From assembly GCA_963662335.2 (NCBI GenBank), contig CAXXVD010000001.1, positions 320,001 to 384,000 of the forward strand: a stretch of 64,000 nt of DNA. Reading direction: 5' to 3'. The stretch is from Chloroflexota bacterium. GTDB taxonomy: Bacteria > Chloroflexota > UBA11872 > VXOZ01. Below, piece after piece: positions 50,622 through 60,440 of the stretch. Numbering within the stretch: position 1 is the stretch's first letter; each line of letters starts with the position of its first letter. A model generated the notes under the pieces. That model made no database searches, had not been told where the DNA came from, and was given only the letters and a program-made list of their open reading frames with translations. The translations under genes and the position numbers were made by a program.

Positions 50622-51074
50622 CTACCGCGAAGGATCCTCACTCGCCAGCGTGATTTCGACTGCGCCTTCACCGCCGCGATACAGCATGTTGACGTTTGCC
50701 AGGAAGTCCCGCCCAAGCAAAACAGAATGCGAAAAGCCCCTCCGCTGCAACGGGAGACCCGCTAACTTGCCGCGCCTCGTTAGTCCTAGGGCTGACACGC
50801 GAATGTGCGCCAGGTAGAATGACGTGTCTCTTGCGCCATGGACGCCAACGATTGGAGAGACATCTACCCTTAGGAGGCCTAAACGAGCAGCGAGGTCGAG
50901 ATCAATGCAGCTTTGCCGGGTGCCCGAGTCGATTAGCGCCGGCAATTCTTCATCGGGCAATTCCGGCGCTCGCCCAAGCCTATAGTTGGCATCAAATCCG
51001 ACCTGAACCCACAACGTGGGACCATGCTGCTCAAGCAGGCTCTTGTTGGTAAAGCCCGCGTTAGTGGTCGGCAT
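50622..51074 (-). CDS. Retropepsin-like (clan AA) aspartyl protease
   Basis: ALIDSGT and LLGRDFL motifs. Confidence 0.85.
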   Translation of the reverse strand: MPTTNAGFTNKSLLEQHGPTLWVQVGFDANYRLGRAPELPDEELPALIDSGTRQSCIDLDLAARLGLLRVDVSPIVGVHGARDTSFYLAHIRVSALGLTRRGKLAGLPLQRRGFSHSVLLGRDFLANVNMLYRGGEGAVEITLASEDPSR

Positions 51075-51318
51075 CCTGGCGGCCACCGATTGCTAGTGAG
51101 ACTGGCAGCCGCGCCGGCGCATTTGTGATCTGCCGTATGAGATACGGCCCTCTGCCGAATCTCTCCAATGCTGCTTGCGCTGCATCCTCAAGATCCTCGA
51201 AAATGCCGATCAACTGCTCATCATAGAATACCACCCACTTTCCCAGGTGGTCACACTGCAACTGCCCTCGTTGAACCTCAAAGGCGGCGATGTTGGATTC
51301 GAGAGTCGCCGGCTGCAT
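51061..51318 (-). CDS. DUF5678-like small protein
   Basis: H.GKWVVF.D....G.F.....A...A..RFG..P.LIRQI; overlaps the protease start. Confidence 0.7.
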   Translation of the reverse strand: MQPATLESNIAAFEVQRGQLQCDHLGKWVVFYDEQLIGIFEDLEDAAQAALERFGRGPYLIRQITNAPARLPVSLAIGGRQDADH

Positions 51319-51632
51319 GGCTCTCGTCCCCTCTTGAACACGCACGAATGCGAAGGTCTTCAATGACCATTGTACACTGGTCAAGCAATCTATGGACACC
51401 CGCGGCATTCAACAAGGTATCCACTTGGCTTGCCACTCTGTACCATTCAATGTAATCGAGAATCAAGCAACGAGCGAGAGCGACAGTAGAATCGTGAAAT
51501 CCAGTAGCGGAAGCCAAGCCATTGGAACCGCGCAGGCGCAGTGCGCATCCACAGCGCATTGAAGACGGGGCTAGGGCGTAAGCCCAATACCATTTCGCTG
51601 TACGCGAAGGACAAGGGTATCGATACGGGGCC

Positions 51633-52895
51633 TTAGGCGCTCTGGGGTTGGTGAAGCAGGCCAACTTCTACCAGATTGCCGGCGGCGTCGAACTCCCACT
51701 CGTACGGCACGTCGAGAATCTCCAGGTTCGGGTTTTCCCGCGCCGCCGGGATGAGCGCCTCGGAGAAGAGCAGGTATTCCAGGTGGAGCGTGCTGTAGAT
51801 GCGCGCAACGCGCGGCGCTGCCACGCCGGCGCAGGCGGACTTGAAGGCCGTCTCGATTGCCGCCTTGTCGCTTTCCAGCGTGATGGGAATCTTGGCAACG
51901 GCCGGGTTGTTGGCGGTGAGAGCGTTCATGTAGAGGTCGTAGTAATTGATCTTGTCGGCCAGGCGTTTCGTCACGAAGTCGGCGTGGCCGATGCCCACCG
52001 CGTTGCCGTGCGATTCCGGCGTCAGGTCGCGCACCAGCACGCGCGTGTAGTTGGGGTGGCGGTCCATGGTCATGCCGCGGTTCAGCCCAATCACGTTCGG
52101 GTCCATCCCCGCGCCGGAGATGTTCTTGCCCATCACATCCACAATCAGGAGGTCGAGCTCGTCGAACGGCACGCGCGGCAGGAGTGTCTTGGAGAGCGTT
52201 TGCAGTTCCCTGTCGGTCTCGTAGATGTCCTCCGCTAAGGCCGCCCTGATGGTGTGCGGTTGGTCGTAGCCGTTCTCCACCACGCCCAAACCCAGCACGA
52301 TGTTCGAATGCTCGATCGCATGCGCGGCGGCCTGGGGAATGGTCTCCGCCAGGCCGTGGGCGTGCATCTGCTCGGCGCCCTTCTGCTTGCCCAGGCCCAC
52401 CGTGATCATCTTGCACAGGCCGCTCTCCACCGGGCCGCGGAAACTCGTGTGGGGCTTCACCCGCGCCACCACGATCACGGCGTCGGCGTTGTAGGCGTTG
52501 CGGTCGAAGTAGACCGTCGCGCCGTTGGCGGTGCGGCCCAGGTCTACCACGTCCATACTAGCGTGAACCGGCGCGCCGGTGGACTCCTCGGTAATGCCGT
52601 AGTCGCGCAACACGGCGGCCTGGCCTTCGGCAATCGCGCCGCCGTGGCTGCCCATGGCCGGCACGATGAACGGGCGTGCGCCAAGCGCGCTCACCGCCTC
52701 CGCGACCGTACGGATGATCTCCGGTATGCGCGTGATGCCCCGGCTGCCGGCCGTGATGGCGACTTCCATGCCGGGACCGACCACCGTCTCCAGGCCGGTC
52801 CGCGCCAGTTCGGCGCGAATGGCGCCAGGCAGGTCCTCAATCTGATCGGATGAGAAGCGCTGTTGCGCGTGAACCATACGAGGCAACGGTGCCAT
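51633..52895 (-). CDS. LarA-like (lactate racemase domain) protein
   Basis: AITAGSRGI, VPAMGSHGG, RVKPHT, KM...GLGK, GKNISG.GMD.NV. Confidence 0.8.
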   Translation of the reverse strand: MAPLPRMVHAQQRFSSDQIEDLPGAIRAELARTGLETVVGPGMEVAITAGSRGITRIPEIIRTVAEAVSALGARPFIVPAMGSHGGAIAEGQAAVLRDYGITEESTGAPVHASMDVVDLGRTANGATVYFDRNAYNADAVIVVARVKPHTSFRGPVESGLCKMITVGLGKQKGAEQMHAHGLAETIPQAAAHAIEHSNIVLGLGVVENGYDQPHTIRAALAEDIYETDRELQTLSKTLLPRVPFDELDLLIVDVMGKNISGAGMDPNVIGLNRGMTMDRHPNYTRVLVRDLTPESHGNAVGIGHADFVTKRLADKINYYDLYMNALTANNPAVAKIPITLESDKAAIETAFKSACAGVAAPRVARIYSTLHLEYLLFSEALIPAARENPNLEILDVPYEWEFDAAGNLVEVGLLHQPQSA

Positions 52896-53058
52896 CTCTT
52901 CTCCTCGCTCTCCCTACGCGCCGCGCCGCTGCCGCACAACAGCGTGAACGGCGTTTCGCCGGTTGGCCGTGCCTGCAGCCACCCTCACGCCCGCTCCGGC
53001 CAGCGGCGCTTTGCCAAAGCCTCTTTTTCGCGAAATCAGCGTAATTGACGCCTTCAGG

Positions 53059-53985
53059 CTACACCGTCTCCCAGAACGGCGTCGCGCTATCCAACGTGAA
53101 GATGACCAACTGATCGTTGGGTCCCCGCACGTCCGTGAGGTTCTCGGCGGTCACGAGCAGGCGGTTGTACTGTCTCATGCCCTTGGTTTCGGGCGGCGTC
53201 GTCATGACGATTTGGGAATCGCCGTTTGGCGTCACCGTGAGCCACGAACCGTTGTAGGTTATGGGCTCATCGCTCAGCGTATCCAGCACCCACAGGAGCA
53301 GGAACTTATCGCCGTACTCGCGCGGCTGCTTGAGGCCGGCGAACGTAATCGAGAGGCCGCCGTTGACACCCACGCGCACAATCGTGTTGACGTCGCCGCC
53401 AAGCGCGGTCGGCTCCAACTGAAACGTCCTGCCCGGCCGCATCAGCATTGGCCGCGACAAGACGATACTCATCGGCGAATCCTCCAGCGAAACCGACGGC
53501 GTTTCTACCATGGCATGCTCTTCGGCGGTTACGTACACCGCCTTCACCGAGCTGAACGTGGTGTAGGTCCACAGGGTGGCGATCCGCGAAACGTCGGCAA
53601 TGAGCGCGCCGCCGTTCTCGAACCTGAGCGACCCGCCGTCGTCGTTGCCAATCCAGACCACAAAGGTATTGCCGCCATAGGCCGAGGGCGCGGGCATACG
53701 GCGGCCATTGACGAAGACCGACCCTTTATAGGTATTCAGGGCTATGCTGACCTCGGAGTCTTCCGCCGCGCCAAAGACGTCCATGCGCAACGGCAAGTCG
53801 CGTCGACTCTCTTCGGCCTCGGCGATGGCGCGCGCCTGCGCCGTGGCCACCAGGCTTGGGTTGGCGCTAATGGGCGTCTCCTGCACGCCGAGATCTTCTT
53901 CAACACCGCACGCCGCTCCGGCGACCAGCAATGCGAAACTGAGTACTGCTACTCGGTAGACGAAAGGCAACTTCAACCGTCTCAT
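53059..53985 (-). CDS. Hypothetical lipoprotein
   Basis: RBS aggagg; lipobox GAAC. Confidence 0.7.
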   Translation of the reverse strand: MRRLKLPFVYRVAVLSFALLVAGAACGVEEDLGVQETPISANPSLVATAQARAIAEAEESRRDLPLRMDVFGAAEDSEVSIALNTYKGSVFVNGRRMPAPSAYGGNTFVVWIGNDDGGSLRFENGGALIADVSRIATLWTYTTFSSVKAVYVTAEEHAMVETPSVSLEDSPMSIVLSRPMLMRPGRTFQLEPTALGGDVNTIVRVGVNGGLSITFAGLKQPREYGDKFLLLWVLDTLSDEPITYNGSWLTVTPNGDSQIVMTTPPETKGMRQYNRLLVTAENLTDVRGPNDQLVIFTLDSATPFWETV

Positions 53986-54282
53986 GGTTCCTCCTGTATT
54001 CTCCAGCGCAGCGCCACCCGCTATGTCGCGCTCTCCCGCGTACGGTTTCACGCCCGGTTTCCAAAGAACGTATACCAATGGTATGCCAACAATGCGAGAA
54101 TCACAAGCGGCCCGCCCGCTGGCCGTGAGCGGCGCCACCGCCGCTATGCCGCCGCCGCAACCGCGGCGACGCACGTGCGGCGGCCGGTTCTTCCCGCCGT
54201 GATGTGAGCATAGCACACTCGAACGGCGTTGAGAATTGTATAATGGCGCTGGAGCCGTAGTTTCTTGCAGAGGAGCAGCGTA

Positions 54283-54993
54283 ATGTCTCCACTGGCGTTC
54301 GGCAGCCTACAGCAACTGCAAGCAGCCGATCTCGATTTGGACGCGCTGCGCGCGGAAGCGGAGCGCCTCGAGGCCGCTCTGGCCGACCACGGCGAGATCG
54401 AAGCGGCGCGGCGCGCGCTCGCCTCGCTGACCAAGACCCAGGAGCAAACCGGCGCGGCCCTGCGTGACGCCGAACTTGCCCTGGCAACCATCACCGCCGA
54501 GGTCGAAGGCAAGTCGCAGCGCCTCTACAGCGGCAGCGTGGTGAACCCGCGGGAACTGGAGGCCCTGCAGGCCGACATCGCCCAACTGATGCAGCAGCGC
54601 GCCGTGCGGGAAGACCACGCTTTGCAGGCGATGGTGGCCGCGGAAGAGGCCGAAGAGGCCCGCGCCGCGCAACACGAGCATCTGGACTCGCTCGAAGCCG
54701 CGTTTGCGACAAAGCGGAAAGAGTACGGCGCGCGGCTGCGCGAGTTGGCGGCGGAGATTCCGGCGCGGGAAGCGGCGCGCGCCGCGCTGCTGGCGCAGAA
54801 CGACCGCGCGCTGGCCGCGACGTACGGGTCGCTGCGGGCGCGCCTGGGCGGCCAAGTGCTGGCGCCGGTTTCCCAGGGCCGCTGCACCTTCTGCCACATC
54901 GCCCTGCCGGATACGCAACTGCGCCGGGCTCAGCAGAATCAAGAACTCGTCTTCTGCGACAACTGCGGCCGGCTGCTCTTCACGGCGCGGTAG
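54283..54993 (+). CDS. Coiled-coil C4 zinc-ribbon protein (DUF164-like)
   Basis: LQ..D.., LY.G....PREL.AL, CTFC...FCDNCGRLL. Confidence 0.85.
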   Translation: MSPLAFGSLQQLQAADLDLDALRAEAERLEAALADHGEIEAARRALASLTKTQEQTGAALRDAELALATITAEVEGKSQRLYSGSVVNPRELEALQADIAQLMQQRAVREDHALQAMVAAEEAEEARAAQHEHLDSLEAAFATKRKEYGARLRELAAEIPAREAARAALLAQNDRALAATYGSLRARLGGQVLAPVSQGRCTFCHIALPDTQLRRAQQNQELVFCDNCGRLLFTAR

Positions 54994-55052
54994 ACGGTGG
55001 CCGCTGCGCTCCGGTGTCCGTCATTGCCATGCAAATAGCGGGACGGAATCCG

Positions 55053-56063
55053 TCATTCCCGCGCACGCGGAAAGGTGGATTCACACTGCAAGTGCAACAC
55101 CTGTTTCAAGAACACTTCGGTTGGCGTTTGAAAGTCAAGACACTTGCGCGGGGTGTGGTTATAGGCCTGCACCAGTTGCGCAAAGCGGTCTGCGGAGACC
55201 GTCGCCAGGTCGGTCTTGCGGGGCAGCACCCGCCGCAGGCGCCCGATGGCGTTTTCGACGCCTCCTTTCTGCCAGGGGGCGCGCGTGTCGCAGAAGAAGG
55301 TTTGTACGCCCAAGTCGTGGAGGCGGTAATGGCGAGCGAACTCGGTGCCGTTGTCGAAAGTGGCGGTCTGCCGCCAGTCCGGCGGAACCAGCGCCAGCAG
55401 GTCGCGCATGGCGCTGGCGATCGGCTCTGCGGCCTTGCCGTTGGTGCGGGTGGCCAGCAGCAGGCGCGAATGGCGCTCGTGCAGGGTCAAGACCGCTTGA
55501 CCGCCTCTGCCAAAGAGCATCAGGTCTACCTCCCAGTGACCGGGTGTTTGCCGGTCCGCCGCCGCCGCGGGGCGCTCTGCCAAGGGCCGCCGGTGCGCGA
55601 TGAACGAGGCCGGACTGCGTCTGCTGCGCTTGCGCCGCCGCCGCGCCGTCCGCCCCTGGGGCAGCAGGTCTGCCCACGAGTAGTCCTTGGTGCGCGCAAT
55701 CTGCCCGTAGATGAAGCGATAGATGCTCTCGTGAGAGATCACCGGCGCGCACCTGTCATGCGCCAAGCGCCCCGACACTTCCTCCGGCGACCACCCCAAT
55801 GCCAAGCGCTCCAGCACATCCTCCCGCAATTCCGCGTCTCGCTCCAGCCGCATGCCGCGACAGCGACGTGCTTCGGCCTGCTCCTGCGCATACTCCGCTT
55901 GATACCCTGCTTGCCGCGAACTGTTGCGTTTTACCTCCCGCGAAATCGTCGACGGCGAGCGACCAAGAGCTGTAGCGATTTTGGCTTGCGTGAGTCTCGC
56001 GGCCTGAAGTCCGGCCAACTGACACCGCTCTGCATACGTGAATTGTGTGTATGATCTTCCCAT
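55053..56063 (-). CDS. IS30-family transposase
   Basis: LGRSPSTISRE..RN, WSPE, ISHESIY, GHWE.D, TFDNGTEF, PWQKG.VEN, N.TPRKCL. Confidence 0.95.
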   Translation of the reverse strand: MGRSYTQFTYAERCQLAGLQAARLTQAKIATALGRSPSTISREVKRNSSRQAGYQAEYAQEQAEARRCRGMRLERDAELREDVLERLALGWSPEEVSGRLAHDRCAPVISHESIYRFIYGQIARTKDYSWADLLPQGRTARRRRKRSRRSPASFIAHRRPLAERPAAAADRQTPGHWEVDLMLFGRGGQAVLTLHERHSRLLLATRTNGKAAEPIASAMRDLLALVPPDWRQTATFDNGTEFARHYRLHDLGVQTFFCDTRAPWQKGGVENAIGRLRRVLPRKTDLATVSADRFAQLVQAYNHTPRKCLDFQTPTEVFLKQVLHLQCESTFPRARE

Positions 56064-56107
56064 GGCAACACCTTAGCATGATGTTGCACTTCACCTGTGA
56101 GTCTACC
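55074..56107 (-). mobile_element. IS30-family insertion sequence
   Basis: 26-bp imperfect inverted repeats ending in aagtgcaaca; aaa on both flanks; interrupts a REP D. Confidence 0.9.
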
Positions 56108-56322
56108 AAATCCGGCTGCGCGGCGAAGATGGATTCCCGCGTGCGCGGGAATGACGTTGTGGTACCAGCATGACCTTTTGCCGAGGGGATGATGCGGTGG
56201 CGAGAAGATGGCGCAATGACGCGGGGATTGCGTCAACTTCGGGGTATGGCAACATGGCTTATGGGTGTCGGCGCGCCCGTGCCGCACAGACCCCATACAC
56301 GTAGCGCCAAAGCCCGTAGACG

Positions 56323-56410
56323 TGGTGCCGAAGAAGGGACTCGAACCCTTACGAGCGTAATGCCCACTAGCCCCTCAAGCTAGCGCGTCTTCCAATTCCG
56401 CCACTTCGGC
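56323..56410 (-). tRNA. tRNA-Leu (anticodon GAG)
   Basis: gccgaagtggcggaattgg...ctagc-ttGAGgg-gctag, long variable arm, ggttcgagtcc, CCA end. Confidence 0.95.
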
Positions 56411-56596
56411 CCGTGGCCTAGCCATGTCTTGGCAGGCCCACACTCTGATTATAGGCAAGCGGGAAATCCGCCGTCAATGCGCAAGTCGCAGTGCTCGACA
56501 CAATCGGTAGGCAAAACAGCCCGTTGGAATGGGCGGCATCCGTTCGTCCTGAGCGCGTCGAAGGATGAACGGATGCCGCCTATCCGATGCGTCCTC

Positions 56597-57442
56597 TCAG
56601 ATCGACTGCACCGAAAAGCCGCCGTCGATTACGAAGGCCAGCCCGGTCGTGAAGGCGCTGGCGTTGGAAGCCAGATAAACCGCCGCGCCGCCAAGTTCCT
56701 CGGGTTCGCCAAAGCGGCCCATGGGCGTGTGGCCGACGATCTGCGCGCCGCGCTCGCTCAGGCTGCCGTCCGGGTTGCGCAGCAGGGCGCGGTTCTGGGT
56801 GGTCTCGAAGAAGCCGGGGACGATCATGTTGACGCGCACGACGCCCTGCCACTCCCGCGCCAGGAAGTACGTCAGTGTCGCCACGCCGGACTTGGCGATG
56901 GCGTAGACCGGCACCCGCGAGAGCGGCCGCTCGCCACCGGCCATGGAGCCGACGTTGATCACGCTGCCGCGCCCGTTGGCCAGCATCGCCGGGCCGAATT
57001 CCTGGCAAGCCAGCCACGCCGAGGTGAGGTTGAGGTCGAGGTTGTCGCGCACGGCGTCCAGCGTAATCTCTTCAAAGGTCTGGTCGGGGCTGACGACGGC
57101 CGCCGGCTGGTTGCCGCCCACGGCGTTTACGGCGACCGTCACCGCGCCAAGTTTTTCCCGCACGCGCGCGTGGGCCTCCGCGACAGAGCCAGCGTCGGTA
57201 GCAACGTAGGGCACGAAGAGCGCCTGACCCCCGGCCGCCGCGATCGCCTCCACGCGCCGCTGGCCTTCAACCTGGTTGCGGCCCAGCACCGCCACTTTCG
57301 CGCCGGCCGCGCCGAGATACTGGGCGATCACGCCGCCCAGGATGCCCGTGCCGCCGCCGACAACCGCCACTTCTCCGGAGAGGCCGAACACGTCGTCGAG
57401 GAATGCGCTGCGCCGCCGGTCTTGCGCGGAATCTGCCGCCAT
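56597..57442 (-). CDS. SDR family oxidoreductase
   Basis: GGTGILG, Y...K, RVN.I.PGFF.T.QN, HTPMGRFG. Confidence 0.9.
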   Translation of the reverse strand: MAADSAQDRRRSAFLDDVFGLSGEVAVVGGGTGILGGVIAQYLGAAGAKVAVLGRNQVEGQRRVEAIAAAGGQALFVPYVATDAGSVAEAHARVREKLGAVTVAVNAVGGNQPAAVVSPDQTFEEITLDAVRDNLDLNLTSAWLACQEFGPAMLANGRGSVINVGSMAGGERPLSRVPVYAIAKSGVATLTYFLAREWQGVVRVNMIVPGFFETTQNRALLRNPDGSLSERGAQIVGHTPMGRFGEPEELGGAAVYLASNASAFTTGLAFVIDGGFSVQSI

Positions 57443-57527
57443 CGGTAGTGTCTCCTCATTCAGGCATGTGCGTTAGTCTGCGGGGCTAATCAGGTTCGCG
57501 ACCGCGTTCGGCGCAGACGGCCAGGTA

Positions 57528-57682
57528 GTCGCATTAACGTAGCGCGGGGGCTTGTCCCCCGCCAGAGCCAGTGAAAGTGACATGCAAAGGATTGACCTAA
57601 ATGCTTCGCAGGTTACAAACCTGCGCTACCAGAGATTTCGGACACGAGTTTTGTTGTCTCTATGTCTTATGCGACAGCATTA
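57528..57682 (+). mobile_element. IS4-like MITE (left end truncated)
   Basis: gtcgcattaa...gcaaaggattgacc...ttatgcgacagcatta; same internal order as the 41617 copy. Confidence 0.75.
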
Positions 57683-57745
57683 GGGACAAGCCCCCGTGCT
57701 ACGCTGCCCGGGGCCAATCCATCAAGACTGCGCTGGCTCCGGCGG

Positions 57746-59065
57746 TTAGCCGCGCGTGCTCACGCTCAGGTCCGCCACCAGAATCGGCGGCGCGTAGAAA
57801 CTGCCGCCGACCCATTCCGGCTCGCTGCCAATGGCGGCAATGTTCTTGAGCGCCGCGTAGGAATTGCCGGCCACCATCGTATCTTTCACCCGGCCGGCCA
57901 ATTTGCCGTTTTCGATCTTGTAGCCCAGGTGCACGTTGCCGGAAAAATCGCCAGAGAAGAGGTTGCCCATAGACGCGCCCATGGTGTATTCCACCACAAT
58001 GCCCTCGTCGACGCCGCCGATCATCTCCTCCAGGCTGCCGCCGTCGCCGGGCGCGACGACCACGTTATGGTAGCCGGGCGCCGGCAGCGAAGCCGGCGAG
58101 CGCTCGCCGTTGCCGGTCGGCTCCGCGCCGGCCAGGCCCGCCGTCTGCAAGTCGTAGATGAACGTGCGCACGAGTCCGTCTTCAATCAGGGGCGTGCGGC
58201 GCAAAGGTATGCCCTCGTCGTCGGTGGGCGCGGAGCCGACGGCGTGCGCGAGCGTGCCGTCGTCGTAGACGCTCAGCTTCTCGTCGAACACCCGCTCTCC
58301 CAGTTTATCGCTCAAGGGCGACGCGCCTTCCAGCACGGTCTTGCCGCTGAACGCCTGTCGCAGCGGCAGCATCAGGGTTGAACCGAGCCCTTGAGGCGTG
58401 AAGAGCACCGGCATGTGCTTGGTGGAAACTTCCGCAGTGCTGCGGGCCGCTTCGACCCGCTGGATGATGCGTTGCGCAACGGCCTGGGGGTCCGCGTCGG
58501 CCCGGCACGAGAGCGCATAGTGCCACACGTCCAGGAGGTCTTCACCCCGCGTCAGATTGATACTGGCCCCCAAGGACACAACCGACTTGCGGTAGTCGCT
58601 GCCGCCGCCGTTGGAATTGAGCAGCCGCACGCGGGAGATGCGCTTCGTCGCGCCCACGTCGCACAGGAATTCACGGTCATGGCCGCGCAGCGCATCGAGC
58701 GCCTCAGTCCCGAGCGCTACCAACTCATCCAGCGTCAGCGCCGCCACCGCCGGATCGAAGATTTCGACGCCGTTCGTGGTGTACGTATCCGGCAGCGTAA
58801 ACCGCGCCTGCGCGCCGAATTGCGCGGACTCGACCGCGCTTGCCACCAGGGCGTCCAGGTCGCCGGGCGCGCCCAGCTTGGTGGAGTAGCCCAGGCCGAT
58901 GCGCCCGTTTTTGACGATGCGCAGCGCCATGCCGCTCGACTCGCGGGCATTGATCGACTTGATCCGGTTGGCTTCGAAAGAGATGGGCAGTTCCGTTGAC
59001 TCGAGATAAAGCGCCTCCGCCACCTCGGCCTGCTTTGTTGCTTTACAAAGCAGTTCTTCAACCAT
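57746..59065 (-). CDS. pmbA: TldE/PmbA family protein
   Basis: LRI...GRIG, D.EG, GDFS, G.KIENG; no HExxxH; follows tldD. Confidence 0.85.
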   Translation of the reverse strand: MVEELLCKATKQAEVAEALYLESTELPISFEANRIKSINARESSGMALRIVKNGRIGLGYSTKLGAPGDLDALVASAVESAQFGAQARFTLPDTYTTNGVEIFDPAVAALTLDELVALGTEALDALRGHDREFLCDVGATKRISRVRLLNSNGGGSDYRKSVVSLGASINLTRGEDLLDVWHYALSCRADADPQAVAQRIIQRVEAARSTAEVSTKHMPVLFTPQGLGSTLMLPLRQAFSGKTVLEGASPLSDKLGERVFDEKLSVYDDGTLAHAVGSAPTDDEGIPLRRTPLIEDGLVRTFIYDLQTAGLAGAEPTGNGERSPASLPAPGYHNVVVAPGDGGSLEEMIGGVDEGIVVEYTMGASMGNLFSGDFSGNVHLGYKIENGKLAGRVKDTMVAGNSYAALKNIAAIGSEPEWVGGSFYAPPILVADLSVSTRG

Positions 59066-59069
59066 GAGA

Positions 59070-60431
59070 TTACTGACCTCCCACCAGGCACTTGCTGATG
59101 AGGACGTGGGGGCTGCCGTCGCCCACCGGCGCCGACTGCCCGCCCTTGCCGCACGTCCCGCCCGCCGGGTCCCAGGCAAAATCGTCGCCGACGGCGACGA
59201 TGTTCTCCAGGGTCGTAAAGACGTTGCCGGAGAGATTCACGCCCCGCAGCGGTTCGGCCAGCTTGCCGTCGCGAATGGCGTAGGCCTCCATGCAAGAGAA
59301 CGTAAACATCTCCATACTCGTCTGGCCGCCGTACCAGTTCTTGCAGTAGACGCCGTCCTTCACCGCGGCCAGCATCTCTTCCAGCGGCGTCTCGCCCGGC
59401 TCGATTGCCGTATTGCGCATGCGCACCAGCGGCGGCGTGCGGTAGCTTTCGGCGCGGGCGTTGCCGGTGGGCGCTTCGTTCATCTTGCCCGCCGTCTCCC
59501 GCGAGTGCAGCCTTCCCACCAGTTCGCCTTCGCGAATCAGGTACTGCTTGCCGGTAGGCACCCCTTCGTCATCGTACGCAAAAGAACCGGTGAGGCCGGG
59601 CACCTGGCCGCTATCGGTGATGTTCAGGAACGTGCCGCCAAACGCGCGGCCCAAGACCATGATCTCTTTGAGTTTTTCGTTTTCGTAGACGTGGTCGGCT
59701 TCCGAGAGGTGCCCAAACGCCTCGTGGGCAAAGACGCCGGCCAGCGTCGAGTCGAGGATGACCATGAACTCGCCGCCCTTCGGCGGCTGCGCGTCCAGCA
59801 TGGCCACCGCCTTGGCGGCGGCTTCCCGCACGTCCGCGTGGCGGCCTTCCACCACGCCGTAGTCTTCGCTGCTGGCAAAGCCCGCCCGCGCCTGCTGCAC
59901 GTTGCCGTTTTCGCGCGCCACCACACCAAAGCGGGCGTAGACGCGCCCCCGCTCTTGCTCGATGTACGTGCCGGTCGAGTTGCCGATGTACTGCTTGCGG
60001 TAGCCGTCGCCATAGCCCACGTTCGAGGTCTGGATTTTCGGCGTGCGCCAGATTTCTTCCACGTACGAATCCATGAGGCGCTTCTTTTCCTCCAGCGGAA
60101 CATCGCCCGGATCGCGCCGCATGGACATACGTTGGCTCACGTCCTCCACCGGCGGCACGTCCGCCAACTCCGTCTTTTCACTGCCCACCAGGCGCGCTTG
60201 GCTGACCGCCTGCGACACCTTGTCCCGCAAGTCGGCGACCCGGTTGAACGAAACGAAACCCCACCCGCCGTTCACGGCGGCGCGCACCGAGCCGCCAAGT
60301 TGCGTGGTCGTGCCCACCTCTTCCAGGTCCTGGCCGCGGTACGTGACGTTGGTAGACTGCGTCTCCTCGATGCGGATCTCTACGTAGTCCGCCGTATGCT
60401 TCTTCAGCGCCTCTTCAATGCGTTCACGCAT
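59070..60431 (-). CDS. tldD: TldD metalloprotease
   Basis: HEAFGH..EAD, YDDEG, TGNARA, RM.NT, CGKGGQ..PV..G.P. Confidence 0.9.
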   Translation of the reverse strand: MRERIEEALKKHTADYVEIRIEETQSTNVTYRGQDLEEVGTTTQLGGSVRAAVNGGWGFVSFNRVADLRDKVSQAVSQARLVGSEKTELADVPPVEDVSQRMSMRRDPGDVPLEEKKRLMDSYVEEIWRTPKIQTSNVGYGDGYRKQYIGNSTGTYIEQERGRVYARFGVVARENGNVQQARAGFASSEDYGVVEGRHADVREAAAKAVAMLDAQPPKGGEFMVILDSTLAGVFAHEAFGHLSEADHVYENEKLKEIMVLGRAFGGTFLNITDSGQVPGLTGSFAYDDEGVPTGKQYLIREGELVGRLHSRETAGKMNEAPTGNARAESYRTPPLVRMRNTAIEPGETPLEEMLAAVKDGVYCKNWYGGQTSMEMFTFSCMEAYAIRDGKLAEPLRGVNLSGNVFTTLENIVAVGDDFAWDPAGGTCGKGGQSAPVGDGSPHVLISKCLVGGQ

Positions 60432-60440
60432 AGTTGCGGC

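Noticed and set aside
49930-56410. Prophage or integrative island at tmRNA or tRNA-Leu
   Set aside because: No integrase or phage genes, and I saw no duplicated 3' end of either RNA gene
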